DNA of 64,000 nucleotides from an uncultured Candidatus Saccharibacteria bacterium (lineage in GTDB: Bacteria; Patescibacteriota; Minisyncoccia; Phycocordibacterales; Phycocordibacteraceae): assembly GCA_964548265.1 (NCBI GenBank), contig CAZJPR010000003.1:279-64278 (forward strand), in the 5' to 3' direction. Made by a program: the position numbers and the translations under genes. Below the pieces are notes generated by a model, which was not told the origin of the DNA, made no database searches, and saw only the letters and a program-made list of their open reading frames with translations. Shown one piece after another: positions 17,418-26,976 of this stretch. The first letter of the stretch is position 1, and the number at the start of each line of letters is the position of its first letter.

Positions 17418-19169
17418 ATGAAGGTCTCTGAGAAGGAACTGAAGGAATTTATCCTCGATTCGGGACTCGTGTCTCGTAAGGACCTCGAGTCTGCTGAGGA
17501 AGAAGCTGCCGAACGCAAACAGTCGGTGGGCGATATTCTCGTGTCTCGTGGAGGACTCTCCGAAGATGCGCTTCGCCGCATCAAAGCATACGTGCTTGGT
17601 ATTCCGTTCGTGAACCTGAAGGACCGGAAGATTTCGGCAGATATCCTCTCCTTAATCCCGGAACCGATTGCTCGTACGCACAACCTCATTGCCTATGAAA
17701 AGAAGGGCGAGGAGCTTGAGGTGGCCATGCTTGATACCGAGGACTTGCCCGCTATCGACTCAGTCCGTAAGAAGACGGGGCTCAAGATTCTCCCGCGCCT
17801 CACTGACGAAGAATCTCTGAAGAATGCATTGCTGCAGTACCAGAAGTCTCTCAAGGAAGAGTTCGGTGACCTCATTGCCACCGAAGCAGGGAAGATAAAG
17901 ATTGTTAAGGAAGCAGAAGGACAGGAGCACTCCGGAGAAGACTTGAAGAAGATGGCAGAGGACCTGCCAATTGTGCGCATCGTCGACACACTGTTGAAGC
18001 ACGCCATCGTGCAGAAGGCCTCCGACATTCACATTGAGCAGCTCGAGCTCGAAGTACTCGTACGCTATCGCATCGACGGTATTCTCCACGACGCGATGAC
18101 GCTCCCTAAAGTTGCGGGCCCTGGCATCGTTGCTCGTATCAAAGTGCTCGCGAACCTCAAGCTTGATGAGAAGCGTCTTCCGCAGGACGGGCGTTTCAAG
18201 ATGGAAACGGAGAGCGACAAGGTCTCCTTCCGTGTATCGCTTCTTCCAACCTACTTCGGTGAGAAGATTGTGATGCGTCTTCTTCGAGAGACAGGAGAAG
18301 GATTCACGCTTGAGAAACTTGGCTTCCATGGCGAAGGCCTTGAGCACATCCACAAGGCGACCAAGGCGACCACCGGCATCATCCTCGTCTCAGGCCCTAC
18401 GGGGTCCGGTAAGACGACGACCTTGTATACGATCCTCGATATTTTGAATACGCCAGACGTAAACATTTCGACGATTGAAGATCCAATCGAGTACCAGATG
18501 CCACGCGTGAACCAAACGCAGGTGAACCCTGTAATTGGCTTCTCCTTCGCGAACGGACTGAGGGCCCTTCTTCGTCAGGACCCGAACATCATCATGGTGG
18601 GAGAGATCCGTGACGGCGAAACCGCCTCGCTTGCAATCAACGCGGCACTCACCGGCCACATCGTGCTTTCAACCATTCACACCAACTCAGCTACCGGCGC
18701 CATTCCACGTCTCATCGACATGGGGGTCGAGCCCTTCCTTCTCGTCTCGACTCTTCGTGTGGTGGTGGGCCAGCGCCTTGTACGCCAGCTGACCGACAGC
18801 AAGGAGCAGTACTCTCTCAGTAAAGAAGAGCGTGCCAAAGTTACCGATGAAGACCACTTCGAAGCTGCGCTTAAGGCACTCGCCGAAGAGAAGCTTGTTA
18901 AGAGCGGCGCCAAGCTCGACACGCTTCCGTTCTACCGTCCCAAGGCAAGCGACAATAAAGATGATGGTTACGAAGGCCGCATCGGCATCCACGAGACACT
19001 CGTCATAACTCCAACGATTCGCGATCTCATCATGCACAGTGCTACCGGCGACGCGATTGAAGCTCAAGCTCGCAAAGAAGGCATGATGACCATGCTTGAA
19101 GACGGTGTCTACAAGAGTGCGAAGGGAATTACCTCATTGGAGGAAGTATTGCGAGCGGTGTCGGAGTAA
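17418..19169 (+). CDS. pilB: Type IV pilus assembly ATPase PilB (GspE family)
   Basis: T2SSE_N-like N-domain; Walker A GPTGSGKTTT; Asp and His boxes. Confidence 0.85.
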   Translation: MKVSEKELKEFILDSGLVSRKDLESAEEEAAERKQSVGDILVSRGGLSEDALRRIKAYVLGIPFVNLKDRKISADILSLIPEPIARTHNLIAYEKKGEELEVAMLDTEDLPAIDSVRKKTGLKILPRLTDEESLKNALLQYQKSLKEEFGDLIATEAGKIKIVKEAEGQEHSGEDLKKMAEDLPIVRIVDTLLKHAIVQKASDIHIEQLELEVLVRYRIDGILHDAMTLPKVAGPGIVARIKVLANLKLDEKRLPQDGRFKMETESDKVSFRVSLLPTYFGEKIVMRLLRETGEGFTLEKLGFHGEGLEHIHKATKATTGIILVSGPTGSGKTTTLYTILDILNTPDVNISTIEDPIEYQMPRVNQTQVNPVIGFSFANGLRALLRQDPNIIMVGEIRDGETASLAINAALTGHIVLSTIHTNSATGAIPRLIDMGVEPFLLVSTLRVVVGQRLVRQLTDSKEQYSLSKEERAKVTDEDHFEAALKALAEEKLVKSGAKLDTLPFYRPKASDNKDDGYEGRIGIHETLVITPTIRDLIMHSATGDAIEAQARKEGMMTMLEDGVYKSAKGITSLEEVLRAVSE

Positions 19170-19172
19170 TAC

Positions 19173-19763
19173 ATGTTTGGTATCGCCTTCGTTCACTGGC
19201 TCGTCATCCTGAGCGCGTTCATCAGCCTTACCGGCTCGATTGCCTATATCCGCGACACGATAAAAGGGACGACAAAGCCAAACCGTGTCTCCTATTTTGT
19301 ATGGGCACTTGCTCCATTGCTTGGAGCAGCAGCTGCAGTTGCTGCTGGCGCCGACCTCTGGGCTACCGTTCGTGTATTCGTTTCTGGGTTAATCCCGCTT
19401 GTCGTACTCATCGTTTCGCTTTTCAATCCACAAAGTTACTGGAAGCTTACGCGGTTCGACCTGATGTGTGGTGCGGCAGCGCTCGTCGCACTTGGGTTCT
19501 GGCTCCTGGCTGATTCTCCGGTCATTGCCATTCTCTTCTTCGCTATTGCCGACGGGTTCGCGCTTATTCCGACGTTAATTAAAGCGTGGAGGTTCCCAGA
19601 AACGGAGACAGGCTATGCGTATATTGCTGGCCTTATTGCAGTACTCTTGGTCATCCCTTCAATTCCTGTGTGGAACATCGAGAACTCGGCGTTCCAAATC
19701 TACTTGCTCATCGCGAACATATTGCTTATTGCTTGCGTGTACCGCAAGAAGCTGTTTCGCTAG
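19173..19763 (+). CDS. Polytopic membrane protein, unknown function
   Basis: 196 aa, about 6 hydrophobic helices; sits between pilB and pilC. Confidence 0.45.
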   Translation: MFGIAFVHWLVILSAFISLTGSIAYIRDTIKGTTKPNRVSYFVWALAPLLGAAAAVAAGADLWATVRVFVSGLIPLVVLIVSLFNPQSYWKLTRFDLMCGAAALVALGFWLLADSPVIAILFFAIADGFALIPTLIKAWRFPETETGYAYIAGLIAVLLVIPSIPVWNIENSAFQIYLLIANILLIACVYRKKLFR

Positions 19764-19778
19764 CGGTATACTTACTGC

Positions 19779-20120
19779 ATGCTTGCCACCGCACTCCTCT
19801 TCTTTGTCTTAAGTATCATTACCTACACGCTCGTTGCGTGGTTCGGACAATTGACCGGGGGAAGTACCGGCACGTTCTGGCAGGATGTGCTCTCTATCTT
19901 CAAACCGTTACCGCTTCTCATTATCCTAGTCAGCAACGCCTTCTTCGCTGCGGCACTCTCGATGGGCTTCAAGCTCTCTCCCTATGCGGTGCCCATGTCC
20001 ATTGCCATCGGTGTCATCGCCTCCTTTATATACTCAACTCTGTTTCTCGGGGGAGTGGTGACGTGGGTGAAAGTCGTAGGCGTGGGTGCGATTCTCATCG
20101 GTATCTATCTTCTCAAGTAG
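19779..20120 (+). CDS. Small 4-TM membrane protein (SMR/DMT-like)
   Basis: 113 aa, four helices; C-terminal GAILIGIYLL typical of small DMT/SMR/ArnE-like proteins. Confidence 0.4.
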   Translation: MLATALLFFVLSIITYTLVAWFGQLTGGSTGTFWQDVLSIFKPLPLLIILVSNAFFAAALSMGFKLSPYAVPMSIAIGVIASFIYSTLFLGGVVTWVKVVGVGAILIGIYLLK

Positions 20121-20141
20121 TGAGTACGAGCTTTATGTAAC

Positions 20142-20172
20142 AAAACCGCGCCCTTGGGGGCGCGGTTTTTGT
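20142..20172. terminator. Bidirectional rho-independent terminator
   Basis: AAAA-CCGCGCCC-ttgg-GGGCGCGG-TTTTT. Confidence 0.75.
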
Positions 20173-20199
20173 AAGACGGTAGTTCGCTATGCAACGTGA

Positions 20200-20844
20200 T
20201 TAGTCGTCGTCTTCCTCGTCATCATCATCGTCGTCGTCGTCATTTCCGTGACCGCTGTTGTCATCATCTTCGTCTTCATCATCGTCGTCGTCCGAATCAT
20301 CATCTCCTTTGTCATCACAGTCTTCACCGTCAGAATCGTCGACCGTCTTATCGGAGGCACGACTAGCACGATCTTCCTCCTCAACTTCAAGTGCATCATC
20401 GACATCGGCCTCATCAAGTTCATCGTACTCTTCGAGGAGCGCGTCAATAATCTCTGCGCGGGAGTCAGCGTCGGTTATAAAGATCTCTGTGTCGCCATCG
20501 ATGGTAACTTCCACAACTGTCTCGTTCGTGAAGATATCTGCCTCAAGTTCGAGTTCGCCACTTGCATCACAACTGTCGCTATCGTCATCAGAGTCATCGG
20601 AGTCATCATCCGAAGTCGTCATTGGGACTCCACGCTCCTTCATGATTACTTCGAGCTGCTGGGTGAGGAGCTTGATGAGGTCCTCAAGAAGACGAATTAT
20701 GCTGTCATTCGAGGTCGTAGAAACGGCGGATCCGTTCGTCTCAGCCCGAACTGGCTGGATACCGACAGCCCCGAAGACGCTAAGCGTAAGGGCGGCGGCA
20801 ACCATGAAGGCTGCAAATTTCTTGTGTAGTGGTTCTTTCTGCAT
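20200..20844 (-). CDS. Secreted poly-acidic (Asp-rich) protein
   Basis: ATG at 20844 gives signal peptide MQKEPLHKKFAAFMVAAALTLSVFGAVGIQPVRA; C-terminal runs of D/E (DDDSDDDDDEDEDDD). Confidence 0.55.
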   Translation of the reverse strand: MQKEPLHKKFAAFMVAAALTLSVFGAVGIQPVRAETNGSAVSTTSNDSIIRLLEDLIKLLTQQLEVIMKERGVPMTTSDDDSDDSDDDSDSCDASGELELEADIFTNETVVEVTIDGDTEIFITDADSRAEIIDALLEEYDELDEADVDDALEVEEEDRASRASDKTVDDSDGEDCDDKGDDDSDDDDDEDEDDDNSGHGNDDDDDDDDEEDDD

Positions 20845-20984
20845 ACAATCAATGTTAGTAGGGTAATGCTTCCCAGTGTTGAGGACAAACACTCTGGGAG
20901 AAGCAGGGTAGCTTCTTGAATAAGTATACACGATGAAGATTCCTGCTGACCAGTCTGTAGTCTTCGCGTGCTACTATTTCGTAA

Positions 20985-22196
20985 GTGAAATTTCGCGTCA
21001 CCCTCACCAAAGAAGACGGTTCAACCGAAAAACGCGCCGTTGAGGCTCCATCTCGATTCGCTGTCTACGAACTCATCGAGAAAGAGGGCGCTCACGTCGT
21101 CTCTGTTGAAGAGGGTGGTTCTCTTGCGCTCCCATCGTGGGCCAACCTCAAGCTCTCAAGCGGCATCAAGTTCGAGGAACGCATCATCCTCACCAAGAAC
21201 CTCGCGGCCATGCTCGCGGCAGGTCTCACGCTTTCCCGCACGCTCTCGGTCATCGAGCGCCAATCAACCAACAAGTTCCTCAAGGAAGTGGTGAGCGATT
21301 TGGAGCAGGAAGTGAAGAAGGGAACCTCTTTCCACGAAGGCCTCGCAAAGCATCCCAAAGTATTCTCCAAGCTTTTCATCGCCATGACCAAAGCAGGCGA
21401 GGAGTCCGGAACGCTCGCTGAAGCGCTGAAAGTGGTTGCGCGCCAGATGGATAGGGCCTACACACTCGAGAAGAAAGTGAAGGGCGCCATGATTTACCCC
21501 GCCATCATTCTTATGGCGGTGATCATCATCGGTGTACTCATGATGATTTATGTGGTGCCGACACTCTCTGCGACCTTCGCGTCATTAGGGGTCGACCTCC
21601 CGGCTGCAACTAAGGCAATTATTGGCGCCTCAGATTTCATGGCCTCCCATGCCATGTTGACCTTGGGTGGCGTCGGGCTCTTCTTCCTTGCTCTCTATTT
21701 TTTCTTCAAGAGTAAGCCAGGAGCAGCGGCACTCCTTGCGGTTGCACTTCGCGTTCCCGTCATCGGGGACTTGGTTCGCGAAACCATGAGCGCACGCGCT
21801 TCTCGCGCACTTGCCTCGCTCCTTTCATCGGGTGTAGAAATGCTGACCGCCATCGGCATCGCGGAAGAGGTTGTGGGAGACAATCGTTTCGGAAAAGTGC
21901 TCGGAGAGGCAGGTGTGCGCGTGAAGAAAGGGGAATCACTCTCTGTTGCGTTCTCCGAACACCCGAAACTCTACCCAGTGTTTATTGTCGACATGATTGC
22001 CGTGGGGGAGGAGACCGGTAAGGTCGCCGACATGCTCGGCCAGGTAGCTGACTACTACGAGACGGATGTGGAGGAACGCACAAAGGACCTCTCAACCATT
22101 ATCGAGCCGATGCTCATGCTCTTCATTGGTGCGGTGGTGGGCGTCTTCGCTATCTCCATGATTTCTCCTATTTACTCACTTTCCGACAAGATCTAG
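20985..22196 (+). CDS. pilC: Type IV pilus inner-membrane platform protein PilC (GspF family)
   Basis: Duplicated GspF domains with 3 TM segments; GTG start at 20985 per track. Confidence 0.8.
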   Translation: MKFRVTLTKEDGSTEKRAVEAPSRFAVYELIEKEGAHVVSVEEGGSLALPSWANLKLSSGIKFEERIILTKNLAAMLAAGLTLSRTLSVIERQSTNKFLKEVVSDLEQEVKKGTSFHEGLAKHPKVFSKLFIAMTKAGEESGTLAEALKVVARQMDRAYTLEKKVKGAMIYPAIILMAVIIIGVLMMIYVVPTLSATFASLGVDLPAATKAIIGASDFMASHAMLTLGGVGLFFLALYFFFKSKPGAAALLAVALRVPVIGDLVRETMSARASRALASLLSSGVEMLTAIGIAEEVVGDNRFGKVLGEAGVRVKKGESLSVAFSEHPKLYPVFIVDMIAVGEETGKVADMLGQVADYYETDVEERTKDLSTIIEPMLMLFIGAVVGVFAISMISPIYSLSDKI

Positions 22197-22221
22197 ACCT
22201 TTAGTGCGTTATCATACGTGC

Positions 22222-23682
22222 ATGAGTCCTTTCCGGGGCATGACGTTCATCGACACCCTCGTCGGGAGCGCCCTTGTCCTCATCGTGTTCCTTGCCTTCT
22301 TTGGTTTGCTGCGCGCCTCGCTCTTAGTCTCCGGAGTCGCGAAAGCAAAGGCAGGCGCCACCGCCGTCGCCAACGCACAGGTTGAATACATTCGCTCACT
22401 CGACTACGGAAACGTAGGGACCGTAGGCGGTATCCCTGCAGGCGTTGTGCCGCAGTACGCGACGACGACTCTCAACAACATCGACTACGTTACCCGCACC
22501 TTCATTGAGTATGCCGACGACCCTGCCGACGGCAGTGGGGCGTCCGACAGCAACGGCATCATTACCGACTACAAACACATACGCGTTGCCGTGACCTACA
22601 CCGTGCGCGAACAGACCCGAGAAGTTTCGCTCGTTTCAAACCTCGTACCCCCTTCAATTGAGACCACGAGTGGCGGTGGAACGTTGCGCGCTAACGTAGT
22701 CGACGCCACAGGACTTCCTGTATCAGGCGCATCGGTTCGTGTTGTAAACGCAGCCACCAGCCCAACCATTGATGTCACCACCTTCAGCAGCGCCGCAGGT
22801 GTTGTTGACCTTCCAGGAGCACCTGCTTCTGACCAGTACGAAATATATGTATCTAAGATTGGTTATTCCTCGGCCCAGACCTATGAACGCGATGCAACTA
22901 ACGCAAACCCGACGCCTGGCTACCTCACTGTGGTTGCCGACTCCACTACCGCAAGCACCTTCGCGATTGATCTGCTCGCCACCCTAACCCTCAGAACCTT
23001 CTCACCAATTGCACCAAACGCGTTCACTGATTCCTTTGATGATCTGTCGGGCCTCGTCTCAAGTCCCAACACGCAAGTGACTAGTGGCGCACTCACGCTC
23101 TCGGGAACTACTGGGACCTACGCTGCTAGCGGAAGCGCACAGGCTTCGACCACCGAACCTCTGTATCTCGCTACCTGGGAGAGTGCGACAGCAACGCATG
23201 TCGAGCCAGCAGGAACAGACATTCACTTTAGCGTCGCGACAGAAGACGGCACACCACTTCCGGACGCGGTAGTGCCTGGAAATTCAACGGGCTTCACGGG
23301 AACCGTGTCCCTCTCAGGGGTCTCCACCACCACCTACCCAGCATTAACCCTCGTAGCTTCACTCTCTTCGGGCGACCCAAATGTCACGCCGCAGTTCCTC
23401 GATTGGACGATTAATTATACGGAGGGTCCACTTCCGCTCCCGAACGTTCCGCTCACCATCACCGGAGCGAAGACGATAGGATCGACAAGCGGGGGAGCCG
23501 CTATCTACAAGACCGAGATTGCAACCACGACCGACGCCTCTGGTGTGCGCACGATGATGCTTGAGTGGGATTCCTATGATGTGGTTCCGACGGGCTACAT
23601 CATCGACACCCTTGAGAGTTCCGAGGTCCCGATTGAGGTCCTGCCGGCCTCAACCGTCACGGGCACTCTGCTCCTTAACTAG
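22222..23682 (+). CDS. Large pseudopilin/minor pilin-like protein with prepilin-type N-terminus
   Basis: RG/MTFIDTLVGSALVLIVF resembles a class-III signal peptide plus hydrophobic helix; T/S/A-rich extracellular region. Confidence 0.55.
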   Translation: MSPFRGMTFIDTLVGSALVLIVFLAFFGLLRASLLVSGVAKAKAGATAVANAQVEYIRSLDYGNVGTVGGIPAGVVPQYATTTLNNIDYVTRTFIEYADDPADGSGASDSNGIITDYKHIRVAVTYTVREQTREVSLVSNLVPPSIETTSGGGTLRANVVDATGLPVSGASVRVVNAATSPTIDVTTFSSAAGVVDLPGAPASDQYEIYVSKIGYSSAQTYERDATNANPTPGYLTVVADSTTASTFAIDLLATLTLRTFSPIAPNAFTDSFDDLSGLVSSPNTQVTSGALTLSGTTGTYAASGSAQASTTEPLYLATWESATATHVEPAGTDIHFSVATEDGTPLPDAVVPGNSTGFTGTVSLSGVSTTTYPALTLVASLSSGDPNVTPQFLDWTINYTEGPLPLPNVPLTITGAKTIGSTSGGAAIYKTEIATTTDASGVRTMMLEWDSYDVVPTGYIIDTLESSEVPIEVLPASTVTGTLLLN

Positions 23683-23683
23683 T

Positions 23684-24265
23684 ATGAGAGGCTTCACACT
23701 CATGGAGACACTCGTGGTAATCGCAATCGTGGGCACTGCAGGTATCGCGCTCACGACCGCGCTGGTCGACTTCTACCGTCAGAACACCTATATCTTCGAG
23801 TCCTCGACCTCGCTTGAGAACTCACGCCGTGCGCTCCTTACCTCAGTCGGCAACTTGCGCGAGGCTACCTATGGTGAAGACGGCGGGTACCTTATCCTTT
23901 CCGCCGCCACCTCCACCGTTACGTTCCATGCCGACATCGATGCCGATGGTCCGGTGGAGAAGATACGGTTCTATCTCAATAACGGCACCTTCTATCGCGG
24001 CGTCACCAACTCGGCTGGAAATCCTCCGTCGTATTCCGGGCAGCCTGAAGTCACGGCCACTGTGATTGCGTATGTACGAAATGCAACCTCCACACCCATC
24101 TTCAGCTACTATGATTCAAGTGGGGCGCAGCTTACCGCTCCCGTTGATGTGAGCGCCATTTCCCAGGTCACAGTGCGCGTCGACACCGACCTGAACCCAC
24201 TGCGTGCTCCAGAAATTTTCACACTCACCGGCCGCGCCACGCTTCGTAACCTCCTCAACCAATGA
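23684..24265 (+). CDS. Type IV pilin / pseudopilin
   Basis: Canonical prepilin N-terminus MRGFTLMETLVVIAIVG (G-F-x-x-x-E). Confidence 0.75.
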   Translation: MRGFTLMETLVVIAIVGTAGIALTTALVDFYRQNTYIFESSTSLENSRRALLTSVGNLREATYGEDGGYLILSAATSTVTFHADIDADGPVEKIRFYLNNGTFYRGVTNSAGNPPSYSGQPEVTATVIAYVRNATSTPIFSYYDSSGAQLTAPVDVSAISQVTVRVDTDLNPLRAPEIFTLTGRATLRNLLNQ

Positions 24266-25683
24266 ACATGAAAGCCCCACGAGGTTATCTGATGTTGCTT
24301 GCGATTGTCTTCGGCGCAATCTTCTTCACGGTACTTGGTGCGCTCTCAAGCTATGTGCTCACTGAAAACAAACTGCAAAACGCCGGCCACGCGCAGGCTC
24401 GGGCGCTCTCCATTGCAGAAGCCGGGCTTGAGTACTACCGCTGGTTTCTGGCGCACTATCCTAATGACCTTCAAAACGGCACTGGCGTAGCTGGTCCGTA
24501 CATCATCCCGTACAACGACCCGGAAGGCGGCGTGACGGGGACCATCTCACTTGCTATCACCGGCAACACTTCCTGCGGACAGGTGACCTCAGTCGATATC
24601 ACTTCAACTGGCACGGCTAATGGTTCCCCGAGTGCCACGCGTGCGGTCTATGCTCGCTACGCGCAGCCTTCAGTCGCACGTTATTCCTATATCCTCAATG
24701 ATTCAGTGTGGGCAGGTGATGACCGCATCATCAATGGTCCCTACCACTCTAACGGCGGCATCCGCATGGACGGCACCGCCAACTCTTCGGTAACGAGCTC
24801 TCTTTCAAGCTGGAACTGCACCAGCAGCTACGGCTGCAGTCCTGCAAGCTCTTCGGCTTCCGGGGTAGTGGGAAGTGGCCCGAACCAAGATCTCTGGAGT
24901 TGGCCAGTGCCACAGGTGAACTTCGCCGGTATTGCGGCAGACTTCGGGACACTTAAAACACTTGCCCAGGCGCAGGGAATCTACTATCCACGCTGGAGCA
25001 CCACCAACAACCCAAACACAGCCGCCTACTGGCATGGCTACCACCTCATCTTCAACAGTAACGGCACCGTGACGGTGAGACGTACCACCTCGACTACTCG
25101 ACTCGACGTCACGCCAGTTAATAGTGCGGACGATGATGAAGACCGTGCGCTCATCAACAACGAGACTAACTACGAAACTCGCACTATCCCCGCCACCTGC
25201 GGTCTCATCTTTGTTGAGGACCACGTTTGGATTGAAGGAACGATTCCACAGAAGGTGACCGTGGTCGCGGCCAATGTGGTGAATGCCGGCATTGCACCGA
25301 ATGCGTATCTTAAGAACAACATCGTGTACGGAGCTACCGATGGCACTGACGGCCTCACGGTTATTGCCGAACACAACGTGCTGGTAACCCCAGACTCACC
25401 GAACAACATGACCTTAAACGGTATATTCATCGCCCAGGGTGGAGCCTTTGGTCGTAACTACTATGGAGGCTCTTATGACCCTCGAGGGACGCTTACTATT
25501 CTTGGCACTACGGTTTCTAATAAAAGAACGGGAACGAAGTGGTGCCTTAACGGAAGCTGTACGTCCTACGGAGGCTACGGCACCCGCATCGACTCCTATG
25601 ACCGACGTCTTGCGAACGATCCGCCGCCTTTCACGCCGCTGGTGTCGACCGATTACGAGTTCGTGGAGTGGAGGGAGAAGTAG
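24262..25683 (+). CDS. PilX-like minor pilin
   Basis: N-terminal TM followed by ARALSIAEAGLEYY (PilX_N signature); overlaps upstream stop by 4 nt. Confidence 0.6.
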   Translation: MNMKAPRGYLMLLAIVFGAIFFTVLGALSSYVLTENKLQNAGHAQARALSIAEAGLEYYRWFLAHYPNDLQNGTGVAGPYIIPYNDPEGGVTGTISLAITGNTSCGQVTSVDITSTGTANGSPSATRAVYARYAQPSVARYSYILNDSVWAGDDRIINGPYHSNGGIRMDGTANSSVTSSLSSWNCTSSYGCSPASSSASGVVGSGPNQDLWSWPVPQVNFAGIAADFGTLKTLAQAQGIYYPRWSTTNNPNTAAYWHGYHLIFNSNGTVTVRRTTSTTRLDVTPVNSADDDEDRALINNETNYETRTIPATCGLIFVEDHVWIEGTIPQKVTVVAANVVNAGIAPNAYLKNNIVYGATDGTDGLTVIAEHNVLVTPDSPNNMTLNGIFIAQGGAFGRNYYGGSYDPRGTLTILGTTVSNKRTGTKWCLNGSCTSYGGYGTRIDSYDRRLANDPPPFTPLVSTDYEFVEWREK

Positions 25684-25696
25684 TACAAGTTGTTGT

Positions 25697-25724
25697 TTGA
25701 CAGCCTTCGTGGGCGGTTCATAAT
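25697..25724 (+). promoter_or_regulatory. Sigma70-like promoter for the liv SBP gene
   Basis: TTGACA - 16 nt - CATAAT, about 47 nt upstream of ATG at 25771. Confidence 0.5.
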
Positions 25725-25770
25725 TTGCCTTGGAACTCAGGGGCATCTTATTACTTGAATAGTTACTTAC

Positions 25771-26916
25771 ATGGATAACTTTCCGAAGTGGGTGTGGATT
25801 GTAGTGCTTGTGGTTGTGGTTGGTGGAGGATGGTATCTAACAAAAGGAGGTCAGCCAGCGACAGTTGAAGGGCCTGTAAAGGTGGGCGTTATTCTCCCAC
25901 TCACTGGGGACGCAGCTGCGTACGGAGAACCTCTAGGAAAAGCACTGGAGCTTGCAGCTGAAGAAATCAATGCTGCCGGTGGAGTGAACGGATACCCGAT
26001 TGAATTCGTCATGGAAGATGGAAAGTGTGACGGGACTGCAGCCGCAAACGCTGCACAGAAACTCGTGAACGTTGACGGAGTAGAGGTCATTATTGGCGGC
26101 TTCTGTTCCAGCGAGTCTCTTTCGGCAGTTCCAATTGCTGAGGGAGGGAAGGTGGCTATGATTTCTGGCGGGTCCTCGAGCCCGAAATTGACGGATATAA
26201 GCAAGTACTACGTTCGTAACTACCCTAGCGATTCTGCACAGGGTTCAGTACTCGCAAATATCGCGTACACAGACAAGGACTGGAAGAAGGTAGCGTTTAT
26301 CCAGGAACAAACCGACTATGCAGTTGGCGTCTACACTGCATTCAGCGAGAAGTTCAGCGAGCTTGGAGGAACAACGTTAAACGAGTCGTTTGCAACTGAA
26401 ACGACCGATTTCCGTTCTATCCTTACGAAACTCAAGGACCAGAATCCTGATGCGCTCTTCATAAGCGTACAGACCCCCGCTGTGGCGTCTCGTATTCTTA
26501 CGCAGCTCGGCCAGCTCGGCTGGAAGCCAAATCTTATGGCGGCAGACGTGATTCCTGGCGACCCTACCCTCGTGTCTGAAAACGCAGCGGCGTTGGAGGG
26601 TACGCTCACGGCAGAATTCACTGCAGACCCAAATAATCCAAAGTTCTCTGCGATGGTCGCAGCGTACGAGGCAAAGAATGGTCAGCTCCCGTACCAGGGA
26701 TACGCAAGTACGGTGTACGACACCGTATACCTTGTACGTGATGCAGTAGTAGCGGTTGGTTATGACGGAACGAAAATCGCCAACTGGCTACGCACAGAAG
26801 TGAAAGATTGGGAGGGTGCCGCAGGCTCTATCACTATCGCTGCCAATGGTGATCCTCTCACCGGACACCGTGCAGAAGTGATTACGGGCGGAAAGGTGGT
26901 TCCTTACGTAAAATAA
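25771..26916 (+). CDS. livK: Branched-chain amino acid ABC transporter substrate-binding protein (LivJ/K family)
   Basis: Peripla_BP_6-like; N-terminal TM/signal; VKVGVILPLTGDAAAYG. Confidence 0.8.
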   Translation: MDNFPKWVWIVVLVVVVGGGWYLTKGGQPATVEGPVKVGVILPLTGDAAAYGEPLGKALELAAEEINAAGGVNGYPIEFVMEDGKCDGTAAANAAQKLVNVDGVEVIIGGFCSSESLSAVPIAEGGKVAMISGGSSSPKLTDISKYYVRNYPSDSAQGSVLANIAYTDKDWKKVAFIQEQTDYAVGVYTAFSEKFSELGGTTLNESFATETTDFRSILTKLKDQNPDALFISVQTPAVASRILTQLGQLGWKPNLMAADVIPGDPTLVSENAAALEGTLTAEFTADPNNPKFSAMVAAYEAKNGQLPYQGYASTVYDTVYLVRDAVVAVGYDGTKIANWLRTEVKDWEGAAGSITIAANGDPLTGHRAEVITGGKVVPYVK

Positions 26917-26928
26917 AGAACTCTTTTA

Positions 26929-26964
26929 GAAACCGGCCGCCACTATGGCGGCCGGTTTCGTTTA
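26929..26964 (+). terminator. Rho-independent terminator/attenuator between SBP and permease genes
   Basis: ACCGGCCGCC-actat-GGCGGCCGGT followed by TTCGTTT. Confidence 0.6.
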
Positions 26965-26976
26965 TACTAGTGGCAC

